From assembly GCF_009914755.1 (NCBI RefSeq), contig NC_060932.1: a DNA stretch of 64,000 nt; one strand, 5' to 3'. This stretch comes from the human T2T-CHM13v2.0 reference genome, Homo sapiens. The position numbers and the translations under genes were made by a program. Below, piece by piece: positions 40,490 through 52,999 of this stretch; within the stretch, counting starts at the first letter, position 1; every line of letters begins with the position of its first letter. The notes under the pieces were generated by a model. The model was not told the origin of the DNA and searched no databases. It was given only the letters and a program-made list of their open reading frames with translations.

Positions 40490-41088
40490 TGTATTAGGGT
40501 TCTCTAGAGGGACAGAATTAATACTCCTTAATTGGATATATATATCCTATTAATACTCCTTAATTGGATATATATATATATCCTATTATATTAATACTCC
40601 TTAATTGGATATATATATCCTATTAATACTCCTTAATTGGATATATATATATATCCTATTATGTTAATACTCCTTAATAAACTCCTCCATATATATATTT
40701 TTATTATAGTTTATTAAGGAGTATTATCTCACACAATGGTCCCACAATAGGCCATCTACAAACTGAGGAGCAAGGAAGCCAGTCTGACTCCCAAAGCTGA
40801 AGAACTTGAAGTCTGATGTTCAAGGGCAGGAAACATACAGCATGGAAGAAAGATGTAGGCTGGGAGGCTACGCGAGTCTAGCCTTTTCATGTTTTTCTGC
40901 CTGCTTTTTATTCTGGCCATGCTGGCAGCTGATTAGATTGTGCCCACCCAGATTAAGGATGGGTCTGCCTTTCCCATCCCACTGACTCAAATGTAATCTC
41001 CTTTGGCAACACCCTCACAGACACACCCAGGAGCAATACTTTGCATCCTTCAATCCAATCAAGTTGACACTCAGTATTAACCATAACA
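40490..41088 (-). mobile_element. MLT2A1, 5' LTR of HERV-L
   Basis: - strand start TGTTATGGTTAATACTGAGTGTCAACTTGATTGGATTGAAGGATGCAAAGTATTG, end CCCTCTAGAGAACCCTAATACA; enlarged by an internal expansion. Confidence 0.9.
40518..40726. repeat. Higher-order tandem repeat (2 x 73 bp) plus a 19-bp inverted repeat inside MLT2A1
   Basis: TTAATACTCCTTAAT recurs at 40518, 40550, 40591, 40623 and 40664; 40665-40683 is the reverse complement of 40708-40726. Confidence 0.9.
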
Positions 41089-41093
41089 CAAGC

Positions 41094-41678
41094 TTTCTTT
41101 TTAAAAAAAATTATTCTAAGTTCAGTGGTATATGTGCAGGTTCATTATATAGGTAATCTTGTGTCATAGAGGTTTGTTGTACAGATTATTTTGTCACCAA
41201 GCTATGAAGCCTAGTACCCCTTAGCTATTTTTCCTGATTCTTCCCCTCCTCCCACCAACTCTCCACACTCTGACAAGCCTCTCTGTTCCCCTCCATGTGT
41301 CCATGTGTTCTCATCATTTAGCTCCCACATACAAGAGAGAGTGTACAGTATTTGGTTTTCTGTTCCTTTGTAAGTTTGCTAAGGATAATGGTCTTTAGCT
41401 CTATCCCTGTTCTTGCAAAGGACATAATATCATTCTTCTTTTATGCCTGCATAGTATTCCATGGTATAGGTACCACATTTTCTTTATCCAGTCTACCACT
41501 GATGGGCATTTAGGGTGATCCCATGCCTTTGTTGTTGTGAATAGTGCTGCACTGAACATAGATGTGCATGTGTCTTTATGATAGAATGATTTCTATTTCT
41601 GTGGGTATATACTCCATAATGGGATTGCTGGGTCAAATGGTAGTTCTGTTTTTAGGTCTTTGAGCAATTGCCACACTG
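41094..41678 (-). mobile_element. 5'-truncated L1 (about L1PA13-16) 3' end
   Basis: AAGTTCAGTGGTATATGTGCAGG...TTGTACAGATTATTT...GGGATTGCTGGGTCAAATGGTAGTTCTGTTTTTAGG. Confidence 0.85.
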
Positions 41679-42090
41679 TTCCTTAAACCACAGCAAGCAC
41701 ACTCCAGCTGCAAAGCCTTTGCACTTGTCCTGGCCTCTTCCTGGAACTCTCTTCTCCCTGGAATCTGCAAGGTTTATTCCCTCAACTCGTTCAGGTTTAT
41801 ACCCAAATGTCAGACTGTCAATTTTTCCCTGATTAGTCTATTTAAGATAGCCATCCCTGCCTCCAACACACCTATTTAGAATTTCCTGCTGCTTATTATA
41901 TTGACAGTTATTACAGCATATTATATTCACCTTTTGGTATATTATCTGTGTTTGTCTAAAAGGATGTAGACCCCACGAGGGCAGGAATTTTTGTATGTCC
42001 TATTCTGTTACATCAGTAGTGCCTACAAAAGTGCGTGCACATATGACATTCAATATTTATTAAACATGGGAAATGAGTGAGTAGATAAAT
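41679..42090 (+). mobile_element. L2a 3' end, right part of the split L2
   Basis: TTCCTTAAAC...GCCTTTGCACTTG...CCACGAGGGCAGGAATTTTTGT...CAATATTTATTAAA. Confidence 0.75.
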
Positions 42091-43369
42091 AAATGCCATA
42101 TTCCTTCCATCAACTGCGGTGTCTTTCAGTGTTCTCAATGGCCCTAGTCCCAGGGATCCTTCTCTATTAAGAAGGTTGACCTGTTTGGTCAGTTATTCAT
42201 GTCTTCTGCTATCACTCCAGATTTTATGAATTCTATTATCAGGCTGTACCAGTGGTGGAAATGATGCCTTTCCTTCTCTCCATTTACTTTTCTCTGCTTG
42301 ACTCAAAATAACATTGAGCTGAACATCAGGAATCCTGAGTTTCATCACCATCCAGCTCCTTGATCCTGTAAACCCCTGCACTCTTCGGGCCCTGATTCCA
42401 GTAATCAGATAAACTGCTAACTGTGCCTTCCAGCTTTGTGATTGGAGCTACATTAGTATTAAGAGGGCTCCACATCAGAGATCATGACCCTCCTGGGGTC
42501 AGTGGAGCTCTAAAAAGAGAAGTAAAGAGGATCTCAGGCATGGGAAATACACTAGGGACCCAGTTACTCAGAGGCAGACATACAGTGAAGACTTGGTGAA
42601 GAGAACAGAAGGTGAGGCCCAGTGACTGAATTGCAAGGTCAGACTAAGACCAAGAATAGTTTTCATTCTCTTGTTAGCTCCTTAAATCCTCCCATGTGGG
42701 AGCCCAGGAGGAGCCTGGGATAGGGCAGAAGTACTGAGAGGCCTGAGTTACTGCATGGTGGAGTGGAGCTTGGCAGGGAACGGGTTTTATGCCATCATGC
42801 AAGCTGTTGAGCTGGGGGCGGGAGTGTAGCCGCTCTTCACTTTTGGTCCCTGGGTGGAAGCATTTTCCTAAACATTTTTAGATGACTGCCTACCCCTTGT
42901 TCATCCACTGGGGAGGAAGGAAGCATTACTTAATAGGTGAGTTTGTGAGAGGAACTGGACACAAATGGCTCAGCCTCTTCCTCTTGCTTTCTGTCAGGGA
43001 TCATGCTGTAACTTCAACCTGGAGAAACTTGTGGTTTTCCACTTTTACCCCTGAAAAAGTGGGTAAATCTGCCTAATCTTGGGAGTCTACTTGCCCAGAG
43101 ATATAAGCTGTATTGTCTAATATCAGCTTCTTGTCAATAATCAAGGTAAATTTTTGGCCTCCCTGAGTCTCATTTCTTAGGCTTACATTTCACTTTGGTT
43201 TAGAACTTGGGTGGGAAAGAGGAGTCCTATTTACTGACTCGCACATCATCTGTGTATCAGTCAGTCACCAACTCTTACTGAAAGCCCACAATATGCCCTG
43301 CACTGTGGCAGTAGGGAAAGGGGGTAGGGAACTAGTTGTGGAGTGTGTCCTATGCAGGAAGTATGCTCT

Positions 43370-43960
43370 GGATCCATTACAGGTATTCTCACTGAAACAA
43401 CATAGTGACTTTGAAGGCAGGAGATTATTATTCCCATTTTACAGAAGAGAGAACTGCAGCTCAAAAATGTAAAACAAAAAACAAGACTTATTCACGGTGA
43501 GTACAGGTAGTAAATGTAGGAGTCAGAACATATATTTTGTGATGTCTGATCCCAGCATCATGTTATTAGATGTGGTTCTGCTTTCTAACTCACAATCTAC
43601 TAGTGTGAACAGATCTTCCACATTGTGTCTCTTGTCAGCTAGGTGCAAACTAAAATGGGAAAAAAAGACTGTCTACCCAGATTGAGGAAGATGGGTTATA
43701 AAAGGCTTAGCACGTTGATAATTGAGTTAAATGTTACCACTTAAGTATGAATCAGATAACCCTAAATTATTATCTTACCATTTAGTATCTCTTTGACATT
43801 AAGCAAGTTATTTAACCTCTCTGAGTCTAGCTCCCTCATTTGTAAAATAGAGATTATTGCAATAGAGATTTTTTGTGGGGTAGATTAAATCAAACCACGT
43901 AACATTTGTAAAGTTCCCAACACACTCCTGGCTCCAGAGTAAGTATTCTTAAGTATTGGT
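43370..43960. mobile_element. Two MIR fragments (about 43370-43560 -, 43760-43960 +)
   Basis: ATTATTCCCATTTTACAGAAGAGAGAACTG; AAGCAAGTTATTTAACCTCTCTGAGTCT...CTCATTTGTAAAATAG. Confidence 0.7.
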
Positions 43961-44869
43961 GTTTTCCTTTTTCACTGTCTGGATCTAAGCACTAGAATAA
44001 GAAGGTTTTAGGGATTGAGAAATATGCTTTTCCTTGAGATACATGATTTGGCTCAACATATCTTAGATTTCTGGGCATAATCTTCTTTGGAAGTGATTTT
44101 CACAGGTGACTTCCAGGAATTCAAATGTGATTTTATACTGGAACCACAGTCACCACCCTAAGGCTTGATATCAAACATCCTAATGTCAATTTTGTCTGAT
44201 GCTTACAAACATTTTAAAGAGTAGACAGGCCCAGATGTTTTGGGAAATTTTATTGCTTTTGTTGCAGTTTATACAACTCTGATGAGACTATTACAATGCA
44301 AGTTTCCCTGTGCTCACCCCAAGAAGGCAGAAAGTAATTAGTATTTCTGTGAGTATATGGGGTGCTTTGAAACATTTTTCATCATCAAAATTTGAAAAAG
44401 AGGTAATTTTCATTTTATTTGTTTAGCGCTGATTGTTTCTTCCTCTCTTTTTACGGCGAATAAAGAAAGTATTGCATACCACGTTTGTCTTGGGATTAAA
44501 ACAGAACTATGTCTTCAAATTATTTTGAAAATAATATGGTTGCATTGTTTCCTGAACTGGGTGGTATGGTGGCCAGGTCCTACCAAAAAAGTATGTTTTA
44601 CGTAAAAGTTGACTCATGGCGTCCCGTGGGGCCTTTTTTTGCTTTTCTTTTCTTTTTTCTTTACTTTTGAGCAGGAGGGGATGCAGAGAATAAAATAAAG
44701 CAATCTGGAAAAGTCCAATATGGATTCAAATCTCCTTCTCTGTCCATATCCCCAAGCTGGTGTTCAAGGAGAAAAGGAGTCCAAGCATCTTTGAAGTTGC
44801 TTCGAGTGCCAATAACTATGCTCTCAGCTTTGGTATACATTGGGCTTTCCTATGGTGAGAAAAATGAAC

Positions 44870-45045
44870 TACCTACATCTGGAGCAGCTGGTTAGGTGTT
44901 AAAATGAAGAACCCTGGTCCAACTTCATCCAGACAGACTGCATCAGTAGCACTGGGAATGAAGTCTGAGAATTTGTTTTTTATATTTATTTTTTAAATAA
45001 GCTCCTCAAAGTATCCTCATTCACTCTGAAGTTTGAAAAACACTG
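44870..45045. mobile_element. MER5-type hAT element
   Basis: TGTTAAAATGAAGA...AAATAAGCTCCTCAAAG...CACTCTGAAGTTTGAAAAACACTG. Confidence 0.6.
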
Positions 45046-46329
45046 CCATTAAATTTATACAAAAGCACAGATAGACACAAATGAGGGTTTCCCCAGTAGT
45101 TGGACTAGAAAATCACTAATTTGGCTTAACTCTGAAAAGACAAGCCCCCAAAATTTACAAAAATAAAATATAAAGAAATGTTTTGTAAAAAACTTGTTCA
45201 TCTTAAAACCACTCTCTTTTGCCTCCTGCTTTTCATCCATGTGCTGTTCTGTTTTCCTTGGGATTACAAAGTGTTCTAAATAGTTGTGATGATTTTGAGC
45301 ATATTCCCTGAGATTATATCTCTACCAAGCCCCAGGGAGAAGAGAAGGTCAGAAGTAAGTTCCAGTGGTGGGGGTTTACCAGCTCTCCAACTCTAGTCTT
45401 GAACTGCTTTCTATTAAAGAATTCCTCCCCAGCTTGTTAGTCTTCTTTATCCATAAAACCTTGTCAATGCTCCCAGCTGGAATTAGTCTCCCCCTCTTCT
45501 AGGCTGCCACGCTCTTTATCAAGTGCATTTCACTTATTTCTGCCTGCCTTGCAATGAGTTAAATCCAATAAAATGTCATTTGTGTAATGCTCTCCAAAGC
45601 ATTTTTACACACACTAACTCATTGATCTTCACAATATACCTTAGTTGGGATTAGAACTATTTTTATTTTAATAAAAGTTATTGAGGCTCCAGGAGGTTAA
45701 ATGACTTCTTCAAGATCAAGAAATGAGTTAATGCCAGAGGCATATCTTCATACCATTACACTGTTTTTCATATAAATTGTATAGTTTTATTCCTCTTTCA
45801 TTAAGCTACAAATTTTTGAAATTATGCAACTGAACGGGTCAGAACATGCTAGATGCCATGCAACATAACTGCGTCAGTGGAGCCTCTTTCATTGAGAAAT
45901 TTACAGTCTTATTAGATAATTGAGGTCCACCCTGATCACTTTCACCCAGTATTGCAGTTGTTTATTCTTTTCTTTCTCAAATGCATTTAAGTCTCCATAT
46001 TTTAGATACTCCACCAAGAACTATACATACTTTAAAAAAATTGCAGTAGAATAAAGTAGCTGTTATTAGGAATATAATCACAGAGGAAAGATTGACCCTA
46101 GAAGTACCAGATTGTCTAAGAGCTTGAGTTTAAGAGCTTGCTCACTGGAGGCAGAATTTCTGGATTTGTTTCCTGTCTCCACCACTTAATACCTCTGTGA
46201 CCTTGGGCAAAGATTTATATGTGTTATTCCTTGAATATTAGAGGAGCGTGTAAAGACATTAGAACATATCCTGATGCAGACTAAGTGCTAAATCAATGCC
46301 AGCAATGATAATAATAATAATTAGATGTT

Positions 46330-48340
46330 AGGATCATTATTTAAGCCTTGGGCCAAATTTGGGAAAATATTAGCCATCATATTTTCAAAATATTTTTCTT
46401 CACCACTCTTTCTGCTTTCCTTTGGAATGTTGATGACACAACTGTTAGCCATTTTGATATTGACTCAAGAGTCCTCTATTTATTGCTTTTTCAATCTTTT
46501 TTTCTCTCTATTGTTAAAACTGGATAATTTCTATCAATATTTTATAAAGTTCATTGGCTTTTTCCTCTGTCATTTCCAGTCTACTGTTGGGCCTATCCAG
46601 TGACTATTTTTATTTTGCTTAATGTATTTTTCACTTCTAAAATGTGCATTTTTTTGTTATAGCTTCAATTTATCTGAAGATATATATTTTTTTCATTTCA
46701 AGAGTGTTCACACTTACTTTGCAGAGCATGATTAAAATTACTGCTTTAAAACCTTTATCTAATAATTCTAATACCTGTATTATCTTGGGTTCAGCATATG
46801 TTAATTATCTTCTTGAAAGATATTAATATGTCCTGGTTCTTCATGTTTAATAGTTTTATAGTATATCTTGGGCATTTTAAATATTATGCTCTAAGGGTCT
46901 GAGTCTTTTAAAAAATCTCACACAGAATATTTTTTGTTAGCTTGTTTTAGCAAGTAATTGACTCAGTATCAGGCTATAAGTTCCTGTCTGCCTTCCCTCT
47001 AGGATATAGTTCCAATGTAGGTTTAATTTTCAAAGCCTTTGAAGTGCTATTTAGATCTGTCTCTTTTACGTACCACTCAGTGACAAATCTAAGATCTAGA
47101 TGGGGATTTACCACATAGTTTGGTTCTAAAAGCCTCTTGTATGCAATTTAGGGCTGAGTCCCATGAATGCACAGCTTGAAGGCAAGCCCAAAAATGTATA
47201 CATAACTTTATGGTACCACTTTATTTCCTAGTTATGATTTTCCTGGCACATTCTGGCTCCCAGCCTCCACATCTCGTTTCACCCCCACTTCTGCCTTGGT
47301 TTTCTCTCTAGGAAACTGGGGTTTTAGGTGCCCATCTCTGCCATGTACTTTCTGCAATTGAGTCTGCATTAGGGGCCAAGCAATGAGGGGATACAAAATG
47401 ATAAAAAGCAGCAACAGCTATTTCTTCTATTCTCCTGGTACCACAGTTCTTCTGGTCAGTAGTCTATTTCCTCTCTTGGAGTTTTAGGTGCCTCCCCAGC
47501 CACTGCTGTCATTTTTACCATACTAATATGGGATTGTCTGAGGACCATGGTGGGAGAAAAAATAAACAAAAGAAACAAAAAACCAGAAAATTTATACTGT
47601 TGTCTCTAACCCATTTCCTGCTGCTTGGACCCACAAGGGAGGTTTTCTTCTACTTTGCTATGGGTTGAATTGTGTGCTCCTAAGATTTATATGTTGGTGT
47701 CCCAACCCTTAGTATCTCAGAATGTGACCTTATTTAGATGTGGGATCATTGCATGTGTAACTAGTTAAGATGAGGTCATGCTGAAGTAGGATGGCCTCCT
47801 AATCAAATATGACTGGTGTCTTTATAAAAAAGGGAAGCTTGGACACAGACACATGTACAGGGAACATGATGTGAAAAGATACAGGGAGAAGACAGCCATC
47901 GACCTGCTCAGGAGAGAGGCCGGAAACAAATCCCTCAGTCACGGCCCTCAGAAGGAATCAACTCTGCTGACACCTTGATTCTGAACTTCTAGCTTCCAGA
48001 ACTATGAGATAATACATTTATGTTGTTTAAGCCTTCCATTCTGTTGTTTGGATATTATGTGGTATTTTGTCATGACAGCACTAGCAAACTACCATTCTTT
48101 TTGCCCACACTTGGTGTAAACTTATGAGTTTTAGGCTTGGGGGTGGGGGCGGGTGATGGCAGGGAAGAACATAATTACCAGTTTAGTGTTATTCTGAGTT
48201 CTGGTTTTCTTTCTCAATCTGCCGGCTACCACCTGCTTTTTATACTCCTCGGATAGCTGCTGTAGGCATTCTGTACAGGGTTTGCAGTTACATTTAGTGA
48301 GAAAGACAAGGTGAAGTGAACTTACTGAGTCTTGACCAAC
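46330..48340 (-). mobile_element. Old L1M/HAL1-type 5'/ORF1 region, interrupted by MLT1B
   Basis: AATTTGGGAAAATATTAGCCATCATATTTTCAAAATATTTTTCT...ACTGGATAATTTCTAT, T-rich antisense ORF1-like sequence. Confidence 0.6.
47656..48093 (+). mobile_element. MLT1B MaLR LTR
   Basis: TGCTATGGGTTGAATTGTGT...CAGAATGTGACCTTATTT...GCCCTCAGAAGGAATCAACTCTGCTGACACCTTGATT...CTAGCAAACTA. Confidence 0.85.
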
Positions 48341-49399
48341 CCAAACTGAGAGTTTTTTAGTTTGTTATGACCCTCTCCCCTCCTTAGATTTTACAAGAAT
48401 GATTTGAAAAAGGATCTTATAATATTTCATAATTTCATCAAGGAATGGAAAAAGGAATATCATGATCACCTTTGCTTTTGAAACTAATTTCCTCCAGGCT
48501 CAGTTTACAGATGTTAATATCTTTTAATTGCAATTTAAACTTCTGAGTTTATTCTGCTTATTATTAGTCAGGGTTGAGGGAGCTTTGAACTTTGGGACAA
48601 TAAAATAAATTATCTGTGTTCACCTCTTATGACAAAGAATGAGCACCAATGGCACAGGCATTTTTAGGACTCCTGTTCCTGACTTATTCAGGTTTCAGCC
48701 AATTCAATTTTATAGACATTTATTGATTTCCCATTTTTTTGAAAAACCTTTACTAATGACACTAAAAGGATAGAACAGACATGATTCTCTCTCTCAAGGA
48801 ATTTAGGGGAACAACCTAAATTTTAAAAATACTCTAAATTTAAAAAATAGGAATAATGTTACTCCCCGTACAGATGATGTGTGGATATTTAGAAAAAATA
48901 AAATAAAAATTTTGTAAACATAAAATTTCATGACAATGAAGGGTAATTATATTTTATTTGCCCTAAAGAAGGCCTCTTTTAAGCTTTAAGAAAGGCCTGA
49001 AAATAGGAGTCTGAGTTTTCCTGAAGAAAACGATGTTTCCTCTCCTTAAATCCCTTCAAATTTTGTTTCTACATTTTCTAAACCTAATATTGCAAGGCAA
49101 AACAATCCTTATGTTTTTAGTCTGGAATTGTGCAGCAGCCTCTGCTGGCCCTTGCCCTTTTGGGAACATCTAAAATATCATTAAGTCTTTCTGAAAGAAC
49201 AAGTACCAGAGCTGCACACAATATTCTGCCAACAGACATCCTGGGTCTTGCAAAGTGGGAGACTGTGATGTATCCGGATTTAAGAGAAAAATGCTAGGTA
49301 TGAAAGTACACAACCTCTTACACTGATAGATAATTTGCTTTCACTCTTGAAGCTGTATGGAGTTTCTAATGTCTTTACTCTTCCTACTTCTCCAGCCTG

Positions 49400-50050
49400 T
49401 CAAAATAAGACTCATTTATGCAATAAGTAATGTATGAACTTACACTTGGTGATTGCGGTGGTAAACAACATAGAAAATGTCCGTGATTTCAAGGGGTTTG
49501 TATTCTAATAGAAGAGGGGGAAGAAGGGAAGGAAGAGAGGAAGGGAGGGAGGAAGGAAGGAAGGAAGGAAAGAGGGAGGGAAGGAGGGAAGGAAGGGAGG
49601 AGAAAAAAGAAAAAAGAAAAGAGAGAAAGACAGAAGGAAAGTTGGAGGAAAAGGAGGAGAAAGAGATAAATATCAGTTAATAATAAATGTTGAAAAGAGA
49701 ATTACAATAGGGTAAGATAATAGACAAAAACGGGGTGTCAGGTAAAACCCCTCTGAGATATATGAAGGGCAAGAGCAAGAGCATTCCAAGCAGAGGAAGT
49801 AGCCATTTCAAAGGCCCTACAGCAGGGATAATTTTGGCACAACTGAGGAAAAGACAATAGGTCAGGGGCTAGAATGGAGATAACAGAGAGGGAAGTGGTA
49901 CAAGATGAGGTCATAGAGATTGTCACAAACCAGATTACACAGGGCTCTGGAAGTCAAAGCAAGAAGTTTGGATTTTATTCTAAGTGTTATGGAAGCCATT
50001 AGCAGTCTTCAAGCAGGAAAGTAATATGTTCTTACTTTAAAATTTTTTTC
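49400..50050 (-). mobile_element. L2a fragment
   Basis: AAGAGCATTCCAAGCAGAGGAA...AAAGGCCCT...TTTGGATTTTATTCTAAGTG...GGAAGCCATT. Confidence 0.75.
49510..49665. repeat. (GGAA)n/(GGGA)n polypurine microsatellite
   Basis: Almost pure G/A tract. Confidence 0.9.
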
Positions 50051-50101
50051 ACTGTCGTCTTTGTGAGAAGTGCATTGTATTTCTCCTTCAGGACCCATTT
50101 T

Positions 50102-50405
50102 ATTTTATTTTACTTTATTTTTAGAGACAGAGGCTTACTCTTTTTGTCCAGGCTGGAGTGCAGTGGTACAATCATAGCTCACTATAGACTCAAACTCCTG
50201 GGTTCAAGCCACCTTTCTGCCTCAGTCTCTTGAGTTGCCATTATTACAGGCATGTGCCATCACACCTGGCTAATTTTTAAATTTTTGTTGAGATGGGCTC
50301 TCACTACATTGCTCAAGCTAGTCTCAAACTCCTGGCCTCAAGTGATCTTCCTGCCTAGGCCTCCCAAAGCATTGGGATTTTAGGCATGAGCCACCATGCC
50401 CAGAC
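50102..50405 (-). mobile_element. AluJ
   Basis: (TTTTA)n tail; AATCATAGCTCACT and CTCACTACATTG; TSD AGGAC(C/A)CATTTT at 50090 and 50406. Confidence 0.9.
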
Positions 50406-50569
50406 AGGACACATTTTAAATGTTTCTTTAATCATACATTCTCCCTTCAAACCCTTGGGCAAAATCAATTCTGCCTCCATCTTTGGCTTGAGTATAGATC
50501 TACTGAATATATATAGTCACTTGGACTTCAGTGACTAGTCCAATTTAATTGCACCTGAACGTTTCTCTT

Positions 50570-50642
50570 CGGGCTCAAGTGATCCTCTTGCTTTGGCATC
50601 CCAAATTGTTGGGATTATAGGTGCGAGCCACTGCTCTTGGCT
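50570..50642 (-). mobile_element. Alu/FLAM 5' fragment
   Basis: GGGCTCAAGTGATCCTCTTGCTTTGGCATCCCAAATTGTTGGGATTATAGGTGCGAGCCAC. Confidence 0.75.
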
Positions 50643-51414
50643 GTTATTACTTTTAAAAAGTGTAAGTTGTACTACAGAGAGCAAACTTTGATTCATTTGG
50701 GTTAGCTTTTGGCATATTTCAAGATGACAACATTCAAGGAAAATAAGTGCCTTGAGGTGTCTTAAATCTAACTTTCAGGTTTTAGATACCAATGGCCTAC
50801 AACATGACTTTCAAATTCTTATATCTAGCCCAGACTTCCTCTCAAAGCTTACACTCACATGTTCATTTGCTAAAACCTAACAGTCTTACTAAATTTCTCC
50901 CTGTTTCTCAATTTAATCCATCAGCAGCCCCTATAGGTTTTACCTCCTGAAAATATCTTAAATATGACTTCATATTAATTTAAAAATGAATCTGGCTAAC
51001 AGTCTTTGATGTAGTTTCTCTCCAACTTATTACTAAAAATATATATTTAAAAAAGACAAAAATTGTCAACAGCATCAAATATTAAAACTTAAAATTACCG
51101 GAATCCAATGCACTTTTAACAAATTACCATAAATTTGAAAAATAGAAACAAATAATTTTCAACAAATTTCAATGTAGCCAGTGGAAACATATCAAATTTA
51201 CTTTTCTGAAAATATAGTAGGAAATCCTACCCAATTTTTGGTTTATAGATCTGAAATACAAGGTCTGAACTAAAAGAAAATGGAGCCAATATCTCTCTTA
51301 ACCCTAAGTTATTCTATTGAAAGCAGTCACCATGTCTTTGTCCACAGCTAGTTCTCCTTCGTATATACAGATCATATCATACTTGGAATTATTTAATATC
51401 TGATTTTTTTCTAA

Positions 51415-51660
51415 AGTGGCAGATAAAATTGCATGTATTTACCATGTACAACATGCTGTTTTGAAGTACAAATACCTTGTGGAATGGTTAAATCTAGCTA
51501 AGTAACATATGCATTTCTTCATATAGCTATTTTTGTGCTGAGAACATTTAAACATCTACTCTGTTTGCATTTTTCAAGAATTTGATATGTCTTCATTAAT
51601 TATAGTCAACATGCTGTTCAATAGATCTCTTGAACTTATTCCTCCTACCAAACTGTCACT
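51415..51660 (-). mobile_element. L1MA 3' end fragment
   Basis: ATGTACAACATG...TTGTGGAATGGTTAAATCTAGCTAA...AATAGATCTCTTGAACTTATTCCTCCT. Confidence 0.75.
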
Positions 51661-52701
51661 TTTTGACCAATTCTTAAGTAGAGTATGGTCTTCAGAAGGA
51701 CAGGGTTACATCTATTGTGTTCATCATGATGTTTTTAACGTCTAGAAGAGAACCTAGGACATAGGAGGTACTCAATATTGCTTTGTTTTTGGACTACAAC
51801 CATTTCTTCTGTAAAACAACTGTGGTATATTAAAAAAAGATAATTGGCAGTGATGTACTATATTTGGAAAATAGAGCACTTCATTTGGGATTAAAAAAAA
51901 AAGGAAACTTGTTAGCAGGCTGTTTTGTGACTTTTTTTCCCCACTGTAGTCCATTGATTCAGAGAACAATAAATCCTGTGGTGGGGATAGAAAAATCTCC
52001 AATTGTTGAGCAGATTGACAGATGACTTTGGAGCTGTAAATCTCAATTTCTTTGAGAATGATATTTAACCATCACCTAAATGAACAATGCCTGGAAACTA
52101 AGGCTGGTGAACACTAAGTGTACAGATATATGTTATAGGGCCCCAGGTTTCTCATCATATTTGAAAGTGAATAAATTGGAAAGTGAGGATGAAGCCTACT
52201 GCAGAACAAATGAAAAACAAAACAAAGCGAAAAGATTATTTTGAATACAGGAGATTTTCATACTATAGATATTATTTTTATAGAAATCAGAAGTAAATGT
52301 TAGAAAACTAAAGAATGTTTTAGTAGAACCCAAGAAATTAGGATTACTATAAAATAAAAGCAGAAAGTGTTAAGCAAGAACAAATTGAAATGCAAAGACA
52401 GCAGGCTTGGAAGGCAAGAGGGTTAGGAGAAATAGAAAGGACTATAAAGAAATAAAAAATTCGATAGAATTAAAATTACTAATACAGGTAGTAAAGGAAA
52501 ATCCAGTAAACTGGCAACTTGATATGGGACCAGAATTAGTGGAGGACAACCTTGAGCAACTCTACTGAAATGCAAGGGAAAGGTAATCATCATGAGAGGA
52601 CAAAATGACATCTATAGAGGAGGAAAAAAATATGCCACAGTGATGTTACTTTTAAGTATTTGAAATTTTCTCCTCATAGTACCATAAAAAATGATTTTAT
52701 A

Positions 52702-52999
<298 letters not shown>

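Noticed and set aside
48140-48165. G-quadruplex candidate GGGGGTGGGGGCGGGTGATGGCAGGG
   Set aside because: Single motif with a long third loop inside an old L1; common and uninformative.
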